Assembly: GCA_950097015.1 (NCBI GenBank)
Contig: CATNEN010000031.1
Location: forward strand, 124,001-188,000
Direction: 5' to 3'
DNA length: 64,000 nt
From: Macrostomum hystrix
Taxonomy: Eukaryota; Animalia; Platyhelminthes
Of this stretch, positions 49,445 through 61,872 are shown piece by piece; position 1 is the first letter of the stretch; each line of letters opens with the position of its first letter. The notes below the pieces were generated by a model. That model was given only the letters and a program-made list of their open reading frames with translations. It was not told the DNA's origin and made no database searches. Position numbers and translations under genes: made by a program.

Positions 49445-51229
49445 AACTCCCATCGCCTGATCTCCAATCGCCTGATCTTCCCCCGCCTGATCTCCCACCG
49501 TCTCATCTCCCATCGCCTCATCTCCCATCGCCTAATCTCCCATCGCCTAATCTCCCATCGCCTGATCTCCCATTGCCTGATCTCCCATCGCCTCATCTCC
49601 CATCGCCTAATCTCCCATCGGCTGATCTCCCATCGGCTGATCTCCCATCGCCTCATCTCCAATCGCCTGATCTCCCATCGCCTAATCTCCCATCGCCTCA
49701 TCTCCCATCGCCTAATCTCCCATCGCCTAATCTCCCATCGCCTCATCTCCCATCGCCTCATCTTCCATCACCTGATCACCCATCACCTCATCTCCCATCG
49801 CCTAATCTCCCATCGCATCATCTCCCATCGTCTCATCTCCCATCGCCTCATCTCCTATCGCCTAATCTCCCATCGCCTCATCTCCCATCGCCTCATCTCC
49901 CATCGCCTCATCTCACATCGCCTGATCTCCCATCGCCTCATCTCCCATCGCCTAATCTCCCATCGCCTAATCTCCCATCGCCTGATCTCCCATTGCCTGA
50001 TCTCCCATCGCCTCATCTCCCATCGCCTAATCTCCCATCGGCTGATCTCCCATCGGCTGATCTCCCATCGCCTCATCTCCAATCGCCTGATCTCCCATCG
50101 CCTAATCTCCCATCGCCTCATCTCCCATCGCCTAATCTCCCATCGCCTAATCTCCCATCGCCTCATCTCCCATTGCCTGATCTCCCATCGCCTCATCTCC
50201 CATCGCCTAATCTCCCATCGGCTGATCTCCCATCGGCTGATCTCCCATCGCCTCATCTCCAATCGCCTGATCTCCCATCGCCTAATCTCCCATCGCCTCA
50301 TCTCCCATCGCCTAATCTCCCATCGCCTAATCTCCCATCGCCTCATCTCCCATCGCCTCATCTTCCATCACCTGATCACCCATCACCTCATCTCCCATCG
50401 CCTAATCTCCCATCGCATCATCTCCCATCGTCTCATCTCCCATCGCCTCATCTCCTATCGCCTAATCTCCCATCGCCTCATCTCCCATCGCCTCATCTCC
50501 CATCGCCTCATCTCACATCGCCTGATCTCCCATCGCCTCATCTCCCATCGCCTAATCTCCCATCGCCTAATCTCCCATCGCCTGATCTCCCATTGCCTGA
50601 TCTCCCATCGCCTCATCTCCCATCGCCTAATCTCCCATCGGCTGATCTCCCATCGGCTGATCTCCCATCGCCTCATCTCCAATCGCCTGATCTCCCATCG
50701 CCTAATCTCCCATCGCCTCATCTCCCATCGCCTAATCTCCCATCGCCTAATCTCCCATCGCCTCATCTCCCATCGCCTCATCTTCCATCACCTGATCACC
50801 CATCACCTCATCTCCCATCGCCTAATCTCCCATCGCCTCATCTCCCATCGCCTCATCTCCCATCGCCTCATCTCCCATCGCCTGATCTCCCATCGCCTGA
50901 TCTCCCATCGCCTGATCTCCCATAGCCTCATCTCCCATCGGCTCATCTCCCGTCGCCTGATCTCCCATCGCCTGATCTCCTATCGCCTGATCTCCTATCG
51001 CCTGATCTCCCATCGCCTAATCTCCCATCGCCTCATCTCCCATCGCCTGATCTCCCATCGCCTGATCTCCCATCGCCTGATCTCCCATCGGCTCATCTCC
51101 CGTTGCCTGATCTCCCATCGCCTGATCTCCCATCGCCTGATCTCCCATCGCCTCATCTCCGATCGCCTGATCTCCCATCGCCTGATCTCCCATTGCCTGA
51201 TCTCCCATTGCCTGATCTCAAATCGCCTC
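49445..51229. repeat. 15-bp satellite in unit B5 (copy of B3 at +4009 bp)
   Basis: ORF translations identical to B3 at an offset of 4009. Confidence 0.95.
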
Positions 51230-51887
51230 AGTTCTTTTCAAATGTTACAAAGCAAAATAATAATTCACAGTTGAAATTTCATTGCCTTTAGCGCAAAGGG
51301 CAGCCAGTTTTTTAGTAAGTACATTCTTCTCCGCCTACACTGAGAGGCCCGCAAATTAAAAAATTATATTTTAACCCAGCCAACTCTGCCCTGCCCATTG
51401 TACGCACTTCAATATTGAACAAATCAGACCCCTCAATAGAACTGACTAACGGCACCCTCTCTCCGCCAATACACAGAGGCAGTTAGAATGTGCGTACGGC
51501 CACCTCTCCGCCCCATTTTTTTTCAAACCGACTGCCAACCCTCCACTGGAGAGAAAATACACTAAACAGATAGGCACAAAATGTTGACGCAACTCATTTA
51601 ACCGAGGCCAATTTCATCACAGCGGGAAGGACATTTGCCTACTATATACTACTTAATAGCCTTTCTGCTTTTTTGAGGATCATAGAATTTGAAATTTCAG
51701 AATTAAAATAGCCTATAGCCTTCCTCGGAAAATTTCCCATTTTCCCATATAAGTTTCAACGCTGAGTTGCCAGTATTCTAGGAGGAGATGTCGAACTGAC
51801 ACACAGACACACAGACAGACAAACAACACGTGAAAATTAGTATATTTACGAGCTAAACTCCTCCTCCGGAGGAGGTTGAGGGGAGAG

Positions 51888-53702
51888 AACTCCCATCGCC
51901 TGATCTCCAATCGCCTGATCTTCCCCCGCCTGATCTCCCACCGTCTCATCTCCCATCGCCTCATCTCCCATCGCCTAATCTCCCATCGCCTAATCTCCCA
52001 TCGCCTGATCTCCCATTGCCTGATCTCCCATCGCCTCATCTCCCATCGCCTAATCTCCCATCGGCTGATCTCCCATCGGCTGATCTCCCATCGCCTCATC
52101 TCCAATCGCCTGATCTCCCATCGCCTAATCTCCCATCGCCTCATCTCCCATCGCCTAATCTCCCATCGCCTAATCTCCCATCGCCTCATCTCCCATCGCC
52201 TCATCTTCCATCACCTGATCACCCATCACCTCATCTCCCATCGCCTAATCTCCCATCGCATCATCTCCCATCGTCTCATCTCCCATCGCCTCATCTCCTA
52301 TCGCCTAATCTCCCATCGCCTCATCTCCCATCGCCTCATCTCCCATCGCCTCATCTCACATCGCCTGATCTCCCATCGCCTCATCTCCCATCGCCTAATC
52401 TCCCATCGCCTAATCTCCCATCGCCTGATCTCCCATTGCCTGATCTCCCATCGCCTCATCTCCCATCGCCTAATCTCCCATCGGCTGATCTCCCATCGGC
52501 TGATCTCCCATCGCCTCATCTCCCATCGCCTAATCTCCCATCGCCTAATCTCCCATCGCCTCATCTCCCATTGCCTGATCTCCCATCGCCTCATCTCCCA
52601 TCGCCTAATCTCCCATCGGCTGATCTCCCATCGGCTGATCTCCCATCGCCTCATCTCCAATCGCCTGATCTCCCATCGCCTAATCTCCCATCGCCTCATC
52701 TCCCATCGCCTAATCTCCCATCGCCTAATCTCCCATCGCCTCATCTCCCATCGCCTCATCTTCCATCACCTGATCACCCATCACCTCATCTCCCATCGCC
52801 TAATCTCCCATCGCATCATCTCCCATCGTCTCATCTCCCATCGCCTCATCTCCTATCGCCTAATCTCCCATCGCCTCATCTCCCATCGCCTCATCTCCCA
52901 TCGCCTCATCTCACATCGCCTGATCTCCCATCGCCTCATCTCCTATCGCCTAATCTCCCATCGCCTGATCTCCCATTGCCTGATCTCCCATCGCCTCATC
53001 TCCCATCGCCTAATCTCCCATCGGCTGATCTCCCATCGGCTGATCTCCCATCGCCTCATCTCCAATCGCCTGATCTCCCATCGCCTAATCTCCCATCGCC
53101 TCATCTCCCATCGCCTAATCTCCCATCGCCTAATCTCCCATCGCCTCATCTCCCATCGCCTCATCTTCCATCACCTGATCACCCATCACCTCATCTCCCA
53201 TCGCCTAATCTCCCATCGCATCATCTCCCATCGTCTCATCTCCCATCGCCTCATCTCCTATCGCCTAATCTCCCATCGCCTCATCTCCCATCGCCTCATC
53301 TCCCATCGCCTCATCTCACATCGCCTGATCTCCCATCGCCTCATCTCCCATCGCCTAATCTCCCATCGCCTCATCTCCCATCGCCTCATCTCCCATCGCC
53401 TAATCTCCCATCGGCTGATCTCCCATCGCCTCATTTCTCATTGCCTCATCTCCCGTCGCCACATCTCCCATCGCCTGATCTCCCATCGCCTCATCTCCAA
53501 TCGCCTAATCTCCCATCGCCTGATCTCCCATTGCCTGATCTCCCATCGGCTCATCTCCCGTCGCCTGATCTCCCATCGCCTGATCTCCCATCGCCTGATC
53601 TCCTATCGCCTGATCTCCCATCGCCTCATCTCCTATCGCCTGATCTCCCATCGCCTGATCTCCCATTGCCTGATCTCGCATTGCCTGATCTCAAATCGCC
53701 TC
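51888..53702. repeat. 15-bp satellite in unit B6
   Basis: Read directly; ends approximate. Confidence 0.95.
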
Positions 53703-54933
53703 AGTTCTTTTCAAATGTTAAAAAGCAAAATAATAATTCACAGTTGAAATTTCATTGCCTTTAGTGCAGAGGGCAGCCAGTTTTTTAGTAAGTACATTCT
53801 TCTCCGCCTACACTGAGAGGCCCGCAAATTAAAAAATTATATTTTAACCCAGCCAACTCTGCCCTGCCCATTGTACGCACTTCAATATTGAACAAATCAG
53901 ACCCCTCAATAGAACTGACTAACGGCACCCTCTCTCCGCCAATACACAGAGGCAGTTAGAATGTGCGTACGGCCACCTCTCCGCCCCATTTTTTTTCAAA
54001 CCGACTGCCAACCCTCCACTGGAGAGAAAATACACTAAACAGATAGGCACAAAATGTTGACGCAACTCATTTAACCGAGGCCAATTTCATCACAGCGGGA
54101 AGGACATTTGCCTACTATATACTACTTAATAGCCTTTCTGCTTTTTTGAGGATCATAGAATTTGAAATTTCAGAATTAAAATAGCCTATAGCCTTCCTCG
54201 GAAAATTTCCCATTTTCCCATATAAGTTTCAACGCTGAGTTGCCAGTATTCTAGGAGGAGATGTCGAACTGACACACAGACACACAGACAGACAAACAAC
54301 ACGTGAAAATTAGTATATTTAGATTCTCAGTTGAAATTTCTGCAAAAGGCAGCCAGTTTAGTAAGCACATTCTTCTCCGCCTACACTGAGAGGCCCGCAA
54401 TTTTATCAATTGAATTTTAACCCAGCCAACTCTGCCCTGCCCATTGTACGCACTTCAATATTGAACAAATCAGACCCCTCAATAGAACTGACTAACGGCA
54501 CCCTCTCTCCGCCAATACACAGGGACAGTTAGAATGTGCGTACGGCCAACTCTCCGCCCCATTTTCAAACCGACTGCCAACCCTCCACTGGAGAGAAAAT
54601 ACACTAAACAGATAGGCACAAAATGTTGACGCAACTCATTTAACCGAGGCCAATTTCATCACAGCGGGAAGGACATTTGCCTACTATATACTACTTAATA
54701 GCCTTTCTGCTTTTTTGAGGATCATAGAATTTGAAATTTCAGAATTAAAATAGCCTATAGCCTTCCTCGGAAAATTTCCCATTTTCCCATATAAGTTTCA
54801 ACGCTGAGTTGCCAGTATTCTAGGAGGAGATGTCGAACTGACACACAGACACACACACACACAGACAAACAACACGTGAAAATTAGTATATTTACGAGCT
54901 AAACTCCTCCTCCGGAGGAGGTTGAGAGGAGAG

Positions 54934-57003
54934 AACTCCCATCGCCTGATCTCCCATCGCGTCATCTCCTATCGCCTGATCTCCCATCGCCTCATCTCCC
55001 GTCGCCTGATCTCCCATCGCCTCATCTCCCATCACCTGATCACCCATCACCTCATCTCCCATCGCCTAATCTCCCATCGCATCATCTCCCATCGTCTCAT
55101 CTCCCATCGCCTCATCTCCTATCGCCTGATCTCCCATCGCCTAATCTCCCATCGCCTCATCTCCCATCGCCTCATCTCCCATCGCCTGATCTCCCATCGC
55201 CTCATCTCCCGTCGCCACATCTCCTATCGCCTGATCTCCCATCGCCTCATTTCTCATTGCCTCATCTCCCGTCGCCACATCTCCCATCGCCTGATCTCCC
55301 ATCGCCTGATCTCCCATCGCCTCATCTCCCATCGCCTGATCTCCCATCGCCTAATCTCCCATCGCATCATCTCCCATCGTCTCATCTCCCATCGCCTCAT
55401 CTCCTATCGCCTGATCTCCCATCGCCTAATCTCCCATCGCCTCATCTCCCATCGCCTCATCTCCCATCGCCTGATCTCCCATCGCCTCATCTCCCGTCGC
55501 CACATCTCCTATCGCCTGATCTCCCATCGCCTCATTTCTCATTGCCTCATCTCCCGTCGCCACATCTCCCATCGCCTGATCTCCCATCGCCTGATCTCCC
55601 ATCGCCTCATCTCCCATCGCCTGATCTCCCATCGCCTGATCTCCCATCGCCTGATCTCCCATCGCCTCATCTCCCATCGCCTCATCTCCCATCGCTTCAT
55701 CTCCCATCGCCTCATCTCCCATCGCCTCATCTTCCATCACCTGATCACCCATCACCTCATCTCCCATCGCCTAATCTCTCATCGCATCATCTCCCATCGC
55801 CTAATCTCCCATCGCCTCATCTCCCATCGCCTCATCTCCCATCGCCTGATCTCCCATCGCCTCATCTCCCGTCGCCACATCTCCTATCGCCTGATCTCCC
55901 ATCGCCTCATTTCTCATTGCCTCATCTCCCGTCGCCACATCTCCCATCGCCTGATCTCCCATCGCCTCATCTCCCATCGCCTGATCTCCCATCGCCTGAT
56001 CTCCCATCGCCTGATCTCCCATCGCCTCATCTCCCGTCGCCACATCTCCTATCGCCTGATCTCCCATCGCCTCATTTCTCATTGCCTCATCTCCCGTCGC
56101 CACATCTCCCATCGCCTGATCTCCCATCGCCTGATCTCCCATCGCCTCATCTCCCATCGCCTGATCTCCCATCGCCTAATCTCCCATCGCATCATCTCCC
56201 ATCGTCTCATCTCCCATCGCCTCATCTCCTATCGCCTGATCTCCCATCGCCTAATCTCCCATCGCCTCATCTCCCATCGCCTCATCTCCCATCGCCTGAT
56301 CTCCCATCGCCTCATCTCCCGTCGCCACATCTCCTATCGCCTGATCTCCCATCGCCTCATTTCTCATTGCCTCATCTCCCGTCGCCACATCTCCCATCGC
56401 CTGATCTCCCATCGCCTGATCTCCCATCGCCTCATCTCCCATCGCCTGATCTCCCATCGCCTGATCTCCCATCGCCTGATCTCCCATCGCCTCATCTCCC
56501 ATCGCCTCATCTCCCATCGCTTCATCTCCCATCGCCTCATCTCCCATCGCCTCATCTTCCATCACCTGATCACCCATCACCTCATCTCCCATCGCCTAAT
56601 CTCTCATCGCATCATCTCCCATCGCCTAATCTCCCATCGCCTCATCTCCCATCGCCTCATCTCCCATCGCCTGATCTCCCATCGCCTCATCTCCCGTCGC
56701 CACATCTCCTATCGCCTGATCTCCCATCGCCTCATTTCTCATTGCCTCATCTCCCGTCGCCACATCTCCCATCGCCTGATCTCCCATCGCCTGATCTCCC
56801 ATCGCCTCATCTCCCATCGCCTGATCTCCCATCGCCTGATCTCCCATCGCCTGATCTCCCATCGGCTCATCTCCCGTTGCCTGATCTCCCATCGCCTGAT
56901 CTCCCATCGCCTGATCTCCCATCGCCTCATCTCCGATCGCCTGATCTCCCATCGCCTGATCTCCCATTGCCTGATCTCCCATTGCCTGATCTCAAATCGC
57001 CTC
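54934..57003. repeat. 15-bp satellite in unit B7
   Basis: Read directly; ends approximate. Confidence 0.95.
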
Positions 57004-57565
57004 AGTTCTTTTCAAATGTTAAAAAGCAAAATAATAATTCACAGTTGAAATTTCATTGCCTTTAGCGCAAAGGGCAGCCAGTTTTTTAGTAAGTACATTC
57101 TTCTCCGCCTACACTGAGAGGCCCGCAAATTTTATCAATTGAATTTTAACCCAGCCAACTCTGCCCTGCCCATTGTACGCACTTCAATATTGAACAAATC
57201 AGACCCCTCAATAGAAATAACTCGCGGCACCCTCTCTCCGCCAATACACAGGGACAGTTAGAATGTGCGTACGGCCAACTCTCCGCCCCATTTTCAAACC
57301 GACTGCCAACCCTCCACTGGAGAGAAAATACACTAAACAGATAGGCACAAAATGTTGACGCAACTCATTTAATCGAGGCCAATTTCATCACAGCGGGAAG
57401 GACATTTGCCTACTATATACTACTTAATAGCCTTTCTGCTTTTTTGAGGATCATAGAATTTGAAATTTCAGAATTAAAATAGCCTATAGCCTGACCAGGA
57501 AAATTTCCCATTTTCCCATATAAGTTTCAAAGTTGACTTGTCAGTATTCTAGGAGGAGATAACCA

Positions 57566-57612
<47 letters not shown>

Positions 57613-58185
57613 ACACGTGAATTTTAGTATATTTAGAGAGAAGAGAGATGATTTGACGCAGTGCAGAATCGAACCCTAGCCTAGCCTAACTTATTCCTAG
57701 TGCCTACACATCGGCTATTCCGACTGTTGGTTAGTGGGTGCAGAAATCAGCCTTATAAAATGAATTCTCAAAGTTCTGGCTTTGTACAATGAAGTAAGAA
57801 AATAAAGTACACTCAGTCTCGCGGTTGGTTGTGTACATTTATTTCCAATTTGTCTCCAGAGTGCAGGCTTCAAATTCAATCAGCTAGGGGTTGTTGCGCA
57901 ATTTGACGATGCAATTCTAATTCAGTGGCAGTGAGTAAAATTCTCAATAGGCCAAGATGGTTTGACCTTTGAAAAATATTTAAAATGTTTTTCGAATATT
58001 TAATCCCTTTAGCAATAAAGTTAAGCTTAATAAAAATACGTGTAAAATTATCAGTTGACTATAATGTCCCCATATTTGGCATCTTTTGGTGAAGAAATGG
58101 TGAAAATCGGTTGAGCCGTTTTTTCTAAAATCAATCGCCTACCTAGATAGATAGATAGATAGATACATCTCATTTTTAGTATATA

Positions 58186-59846
58186 CGAGCGGAATTCCTC
58201 CTCCGGAGGAAGTTAGGGGAGAGAACTCCCATTGCCTCATCTCCCGTCGCCAAATCTCGCATCGCCTGATCTCCCATCGCCTCATCTCCCGTCGCCTCAT
58301 CTCCCATCGCCTCATCTCCCATCGCCTCATCTCTCATTGCCTCATCTCCCATCGCCTCATCTCCCATCGCCTGATCTCCCATCGCCTGATCTCCCATCGC
58401 CTCATCTCCCGTCGCCTGATCTCCCATCGCCTAATCTCCCATCGCCTCATCTCCCGTCGCCTGATCTCTCATCGCCTGATCTCCCATCGCCTCATCTCCC
58501 ATCGCCTCATCTCCTATCGCCTGATCTCCCATCGCCTAATCTCCCATCGCCTCATCTCCCATCGCCTCGTCTCCCATCGCCTCATCTCCCATCGCCTGAT
58601 CTCCTATCCCCTCATCTCCCGTCGCCTGATCTCCCATCGCCTCATCTTTCATCGCCTCATCTCCCATCGCCTCATCTCCCATCGCCTCATCTCCCATCGC
58701 CTTATCTCTCATCGCCTAAACTCCCATTGCCTCATCTCCCGTCGCCACATCTCCCATCGCCTCATCTAACCAAAAACTCCTCACCCAATGATGTCTGAAA
58801 GTAGCAATGTGCGTAAACCGCCTTTTGTCCGACTAAACTGTTGAAAACAATTCAAAATTGACCAATTTTTCTTTAGCTACCATGCCCAGAATCTTCAGAA
58901 TTAAAATAGACGACAACTTTCGGATAAGATTGAGGGGCTAGAAATCATATCGCGCGAACTCCATCAACTTTAAATTAAACCCCACCCGTTAAAACAGGTG
59001 AAGTCCGAGCCATTAATATTGACGACAGCCAGTTCTCCGGGCCCCGCTCAGTCAGAGGTGCGAATTTCAATAAATAAAATTCAACAGCCCGCCTTCGAGA
59101 ATAGGAATGTGTGAAACTGTATTGTGGCGAATTCTCTCTCCTTAGCAATCTCGCCGAGACACTGTACACTCAGCTGAAAGCATTGCAAAATTATAAAAAC
59201 TTTATTTGCCCTTGGCATCCCCAATTTTCGGAATTCAGCAATGAAATTTATATCTCTGGATTTAGAACTTCAAGTTCTCTCCAGCAGTACAAATTTTATC
59301 CACAAATCTAAAAAAAGCAAAATAATAATTCTCAGTTGAAATTTCTGCAAAGGGCAGCCAGTTTAGTAAGCACATTCTTCTCCGCCTACACTGAGAGGCC
59401 CGCTAATTTTATAAATTGAATTTTAACTCAGCCAACTCTGCCCTGCCCATTGTACGCACTTCAATATTGAACAAATCAGACCCCTCAATAGAACTGACTA
59501 ACGGCACCCTCTCTCCGCCAATACACAGAGGCAGTTAGACTGTGCGTACGGCCACCTCTCCGCCGTATTTTTTTTCAAACCGACTGCCAACCCTCCACTG
59601 GAGAGAAAATACACTAAACAGATAGGCACAAAATGTTGACGCAACTCATTTAACCGAGGCCAATTTCATCACAGCGGGAAGGACATTTGCCTACTATATA
59701 CTACTTAATAGCCTTTCTGCTTTTTTCAGGATCATAGAATTCGAAATTTCAGAATTAAAATAGCCTATAGCCTGACCAGGAAAATTTCCCATTTTCCCAT
59801 ATAAGTTTCAAAGTTGACTTGTCAGTATTCTAGGAGGAGATAACCA

Positions 59847-59881
<35 letters not shown>

Positions 59882-59904
59882 ACACGTGAATTTTAGTATA
59901 TTTA
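58186..59904 (-). mobile_element. Family B unit B8, joining the 5' end of A2 to the 3' end of the coding Helitron (15-bp array about 58225..58766)
   Basis: Same modules as B2/B4. Its 3' terminus CGAGCGGAATTCCTCCTCCGGAGGAAGTT is identical to that at 59905. Confidence 0.85.
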
Positions 59905-61179
59905 CGAGCGGAATTCCTCCTCCGGAGGAAGTTGAGGGGATAGAACTCCCATCGCCTGAATTCCATCCGTCAAATTCTAACTATGCAAAGAGAACTCCGT
60001 GCACTTTGAATCAGGTGAACTCAGAGTAGTCCATTTGAGGGCAGTTAGGTAGCCCCGGACCAGCTCTGTTTGTAAGCACATTCCTCTCTCCGCCAAGGCA
60101 GAGGTGCGATTTTCGATAATTAAAAATACTAAAAAGATTGAGCAGCCCGCCTCCTCACCGCCCCAGTCAGTGTGCGCCCATTTTTTATGCAATAATTGGT
60201 TTTTCGTACTCCAATATCGCTTTCCATGTGGAGCCTTGCGATGTCCCCTAAAATCCCTGCACCTCAGTCACCCGCTCACACTTTGCAATCTCCCCTGAGA
60301 ACTCTTATTCACCCCTCACCATTTCAAATATCTCCTAGGAAGAAATTCTTATTTGCTAAGTAAATTTTGTGTAAATGATTAAGGAAAGTCGGAAATGAAA
60401 AGTTATGAATTGAAATTTATTAGAAAAAGGCCTCAACACGTATAAATTTCTATATTTCCTGCCCTTCTGTGCCTCATTTCACGAAGCGAATATGCTCAGT
60501 TCTATGGTTTAAAAGGCGCTTTGACATTGTCGTAAATGCAGCTATTAAAGTTTAGTAATTAATTTAGAGATTTAGAATGATGATATAAGCTGTAAGAATC
60601 ATTGATTGAAGGAATTTTGTGAAGAGGCCTTTTGCATAATTGCTATTTCTATTTACATAGAAAAATTGTGAAGGATACATTATTTTAATTTAGTGACGCA
60701 GAAAAATTAAAAAGCATAATAAAATAGCAGTAGAACTATCGAGCTGGGATTTATATAGGAAGTGGAAATTATGAATGTATGAATTTACAAATTATGAATT
60801 TGTAGCAGCTAAATTTTAGTAATAATTTTGCATCGCTTAGTTCTACTGATATAAAATTTTGGCATATATTTACAACTGGGGAATGTATTTGTACGCATGA
60901 TAATAGAGGGCATCCTGAGAAAATGATTTGTAGAGAAAGGATAAAGTGAATTTCGACATGGCGTATGTAATTTTTGATGCCCTGAATTATCGAAGGGAAT
61001 ATTTGAGTGGGTGAAATACAAATGAATGAGTAATATACAATAAATGACAGATGGCATGCAAAATTCATGAGGCACCCGATCAGGTCAAGCACGATAAAAC
61101 ACTTGATCGGAGCTGCAGCTGGGCGCAAATCGGTCACAGCTTGGGCTTCAGCGACTCCCAAGAAGGCTGTCCAGGGGAC

Positions 61180-61345
61180 TCCGGCCGGTGGCGTCCTCAG
61201 CTGCCGGCGTGTCGACTCTCAGATCCCGGAGCAGCAACGGGTCATTGGGACAGCAGCAATGGGCGGGCTGATGGCACATTCAGCTCGGGTCGATGTTGAG
61301 AGGCCAGTCGCTGAAGTCCAGTTTGAGCAGCTCCGGCGGGAAGGA
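61180..61345 (-). pseudogene. Second, more decayed duplicate of the same helicase region (FPPELL....LLLRDLR...AEDATG)
   Basis: Matches FPPELLN...LLLRDLRDNVLLAEVATG at both ends, with a stop codon and divergence in between; GC-rich island in an AT-rich tail. Confidence 0.5.
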
Positions 61346-61760
61346 AAATGAGTGGAGACTTTAAAGCGCGGATCAAGTGTTCTAGGGCTATAAAAATGTA
61401 TGTTCATTAAAAAAAGCCATTAAAATGTGAGGCTTGATCGGGTGCAAACAAATTAATAGAAATTATTTAGATTTTATCAGTCTGGCCTGCAGCAGGGCGT
61501 TTGAGATGTTAATTTTAAGTTCAAATGTCATTATTTACATTGCATTTGAAGCAATATTTAGTCTTAAATTTTTAGTTTGAACGTGCAAATCATACCTAAA
61601 ATAGAAATGACATTATAGATATTTTACTTTTGGCTGAGCTGCAGCCCAGACTTATTAGTATTTACAAAGATGACAAATCCGGCAAAAGAAGGACACGAAC
61701 CCGGTCACTTCGGCGCGCTGCTTTGCCTGCGAGGGAGCTGTCGCAGGTCAGTGTTGCGCG

Positions 61761-61850
61761 CCGCGGGATGAAGGCCGACCGCCTTTGAAACTGGGCCGCA
61801 GCGACCACGGCGAGCAGTCCATTGTCCCGCAGATCTCGATGAAGTAACCG
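61761..61850 (-). pseudogene. Decayed duplicate of a helicase segment (LLHRDLRDNGLLAVVA...FIPR)
   Basis: Aligns by eye with 62236..62323 (LLLRDLRDNVLLAEVATG...FIPR) at both DNA and protein level. Confidence 0.65.
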
Positions 61851-61872
61851 GGCTTTATCGTCAGCGGCGATG

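Larger units (their letters stand above)
41376..57648 (-). mobile_element. Nested head-to-tail array of family B non-autonomous Helitron-type elements (16,273 bp): units 41376..43590, 43591..45396, 45397..47839, 47840..49405, 49406..51848, 51849..54323, partial 54324..54894, 54895..57648
   Basis: Inserted at an A|T dinucleotide in the A2 tail with no TSD (empty site seen in A1 at 10860/10861). Each full unit has CGAG + hairpin CTCCTCC-TCC-GGAGGAG, a 15-bp array, a conserved about 570-bp core, a (CA/GACA)n microsatellite and TTAGTATATTTA. Confidence 0.85.
17973..58185 (-). mobile_element. Non-autonomous Helitron-type element, family A copy 2, expanded to 40.2 kb by satellite growth and two nested insertions
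   Basis: 3' end CTAG plus hairpin and the following about 100 bp match A1. Same order as A1 (18-mer, 23-mer, then the tail ...CTGGCTGAAAATTAGTCTAAA at 41375). The tail resumes at 57649 (TGATTTGACGCAGTGCAGAAT vs A1 TGATTTGATGCAGTGCAGAAT) and ends with the A-type 5' module at about 57985..58185. Confidence 0.8.

Noticed and set aside
41403-58798. Long ORFs of SHRLI / LPSPH / MRRWE / MGDQA repeats (up to 708 aa)
   Set aside because: Artefacts of a 15-bp monomer (multiple of 3) with stop-free frames; several start at TTG; they lie inside Helitron units and have no unique domain.
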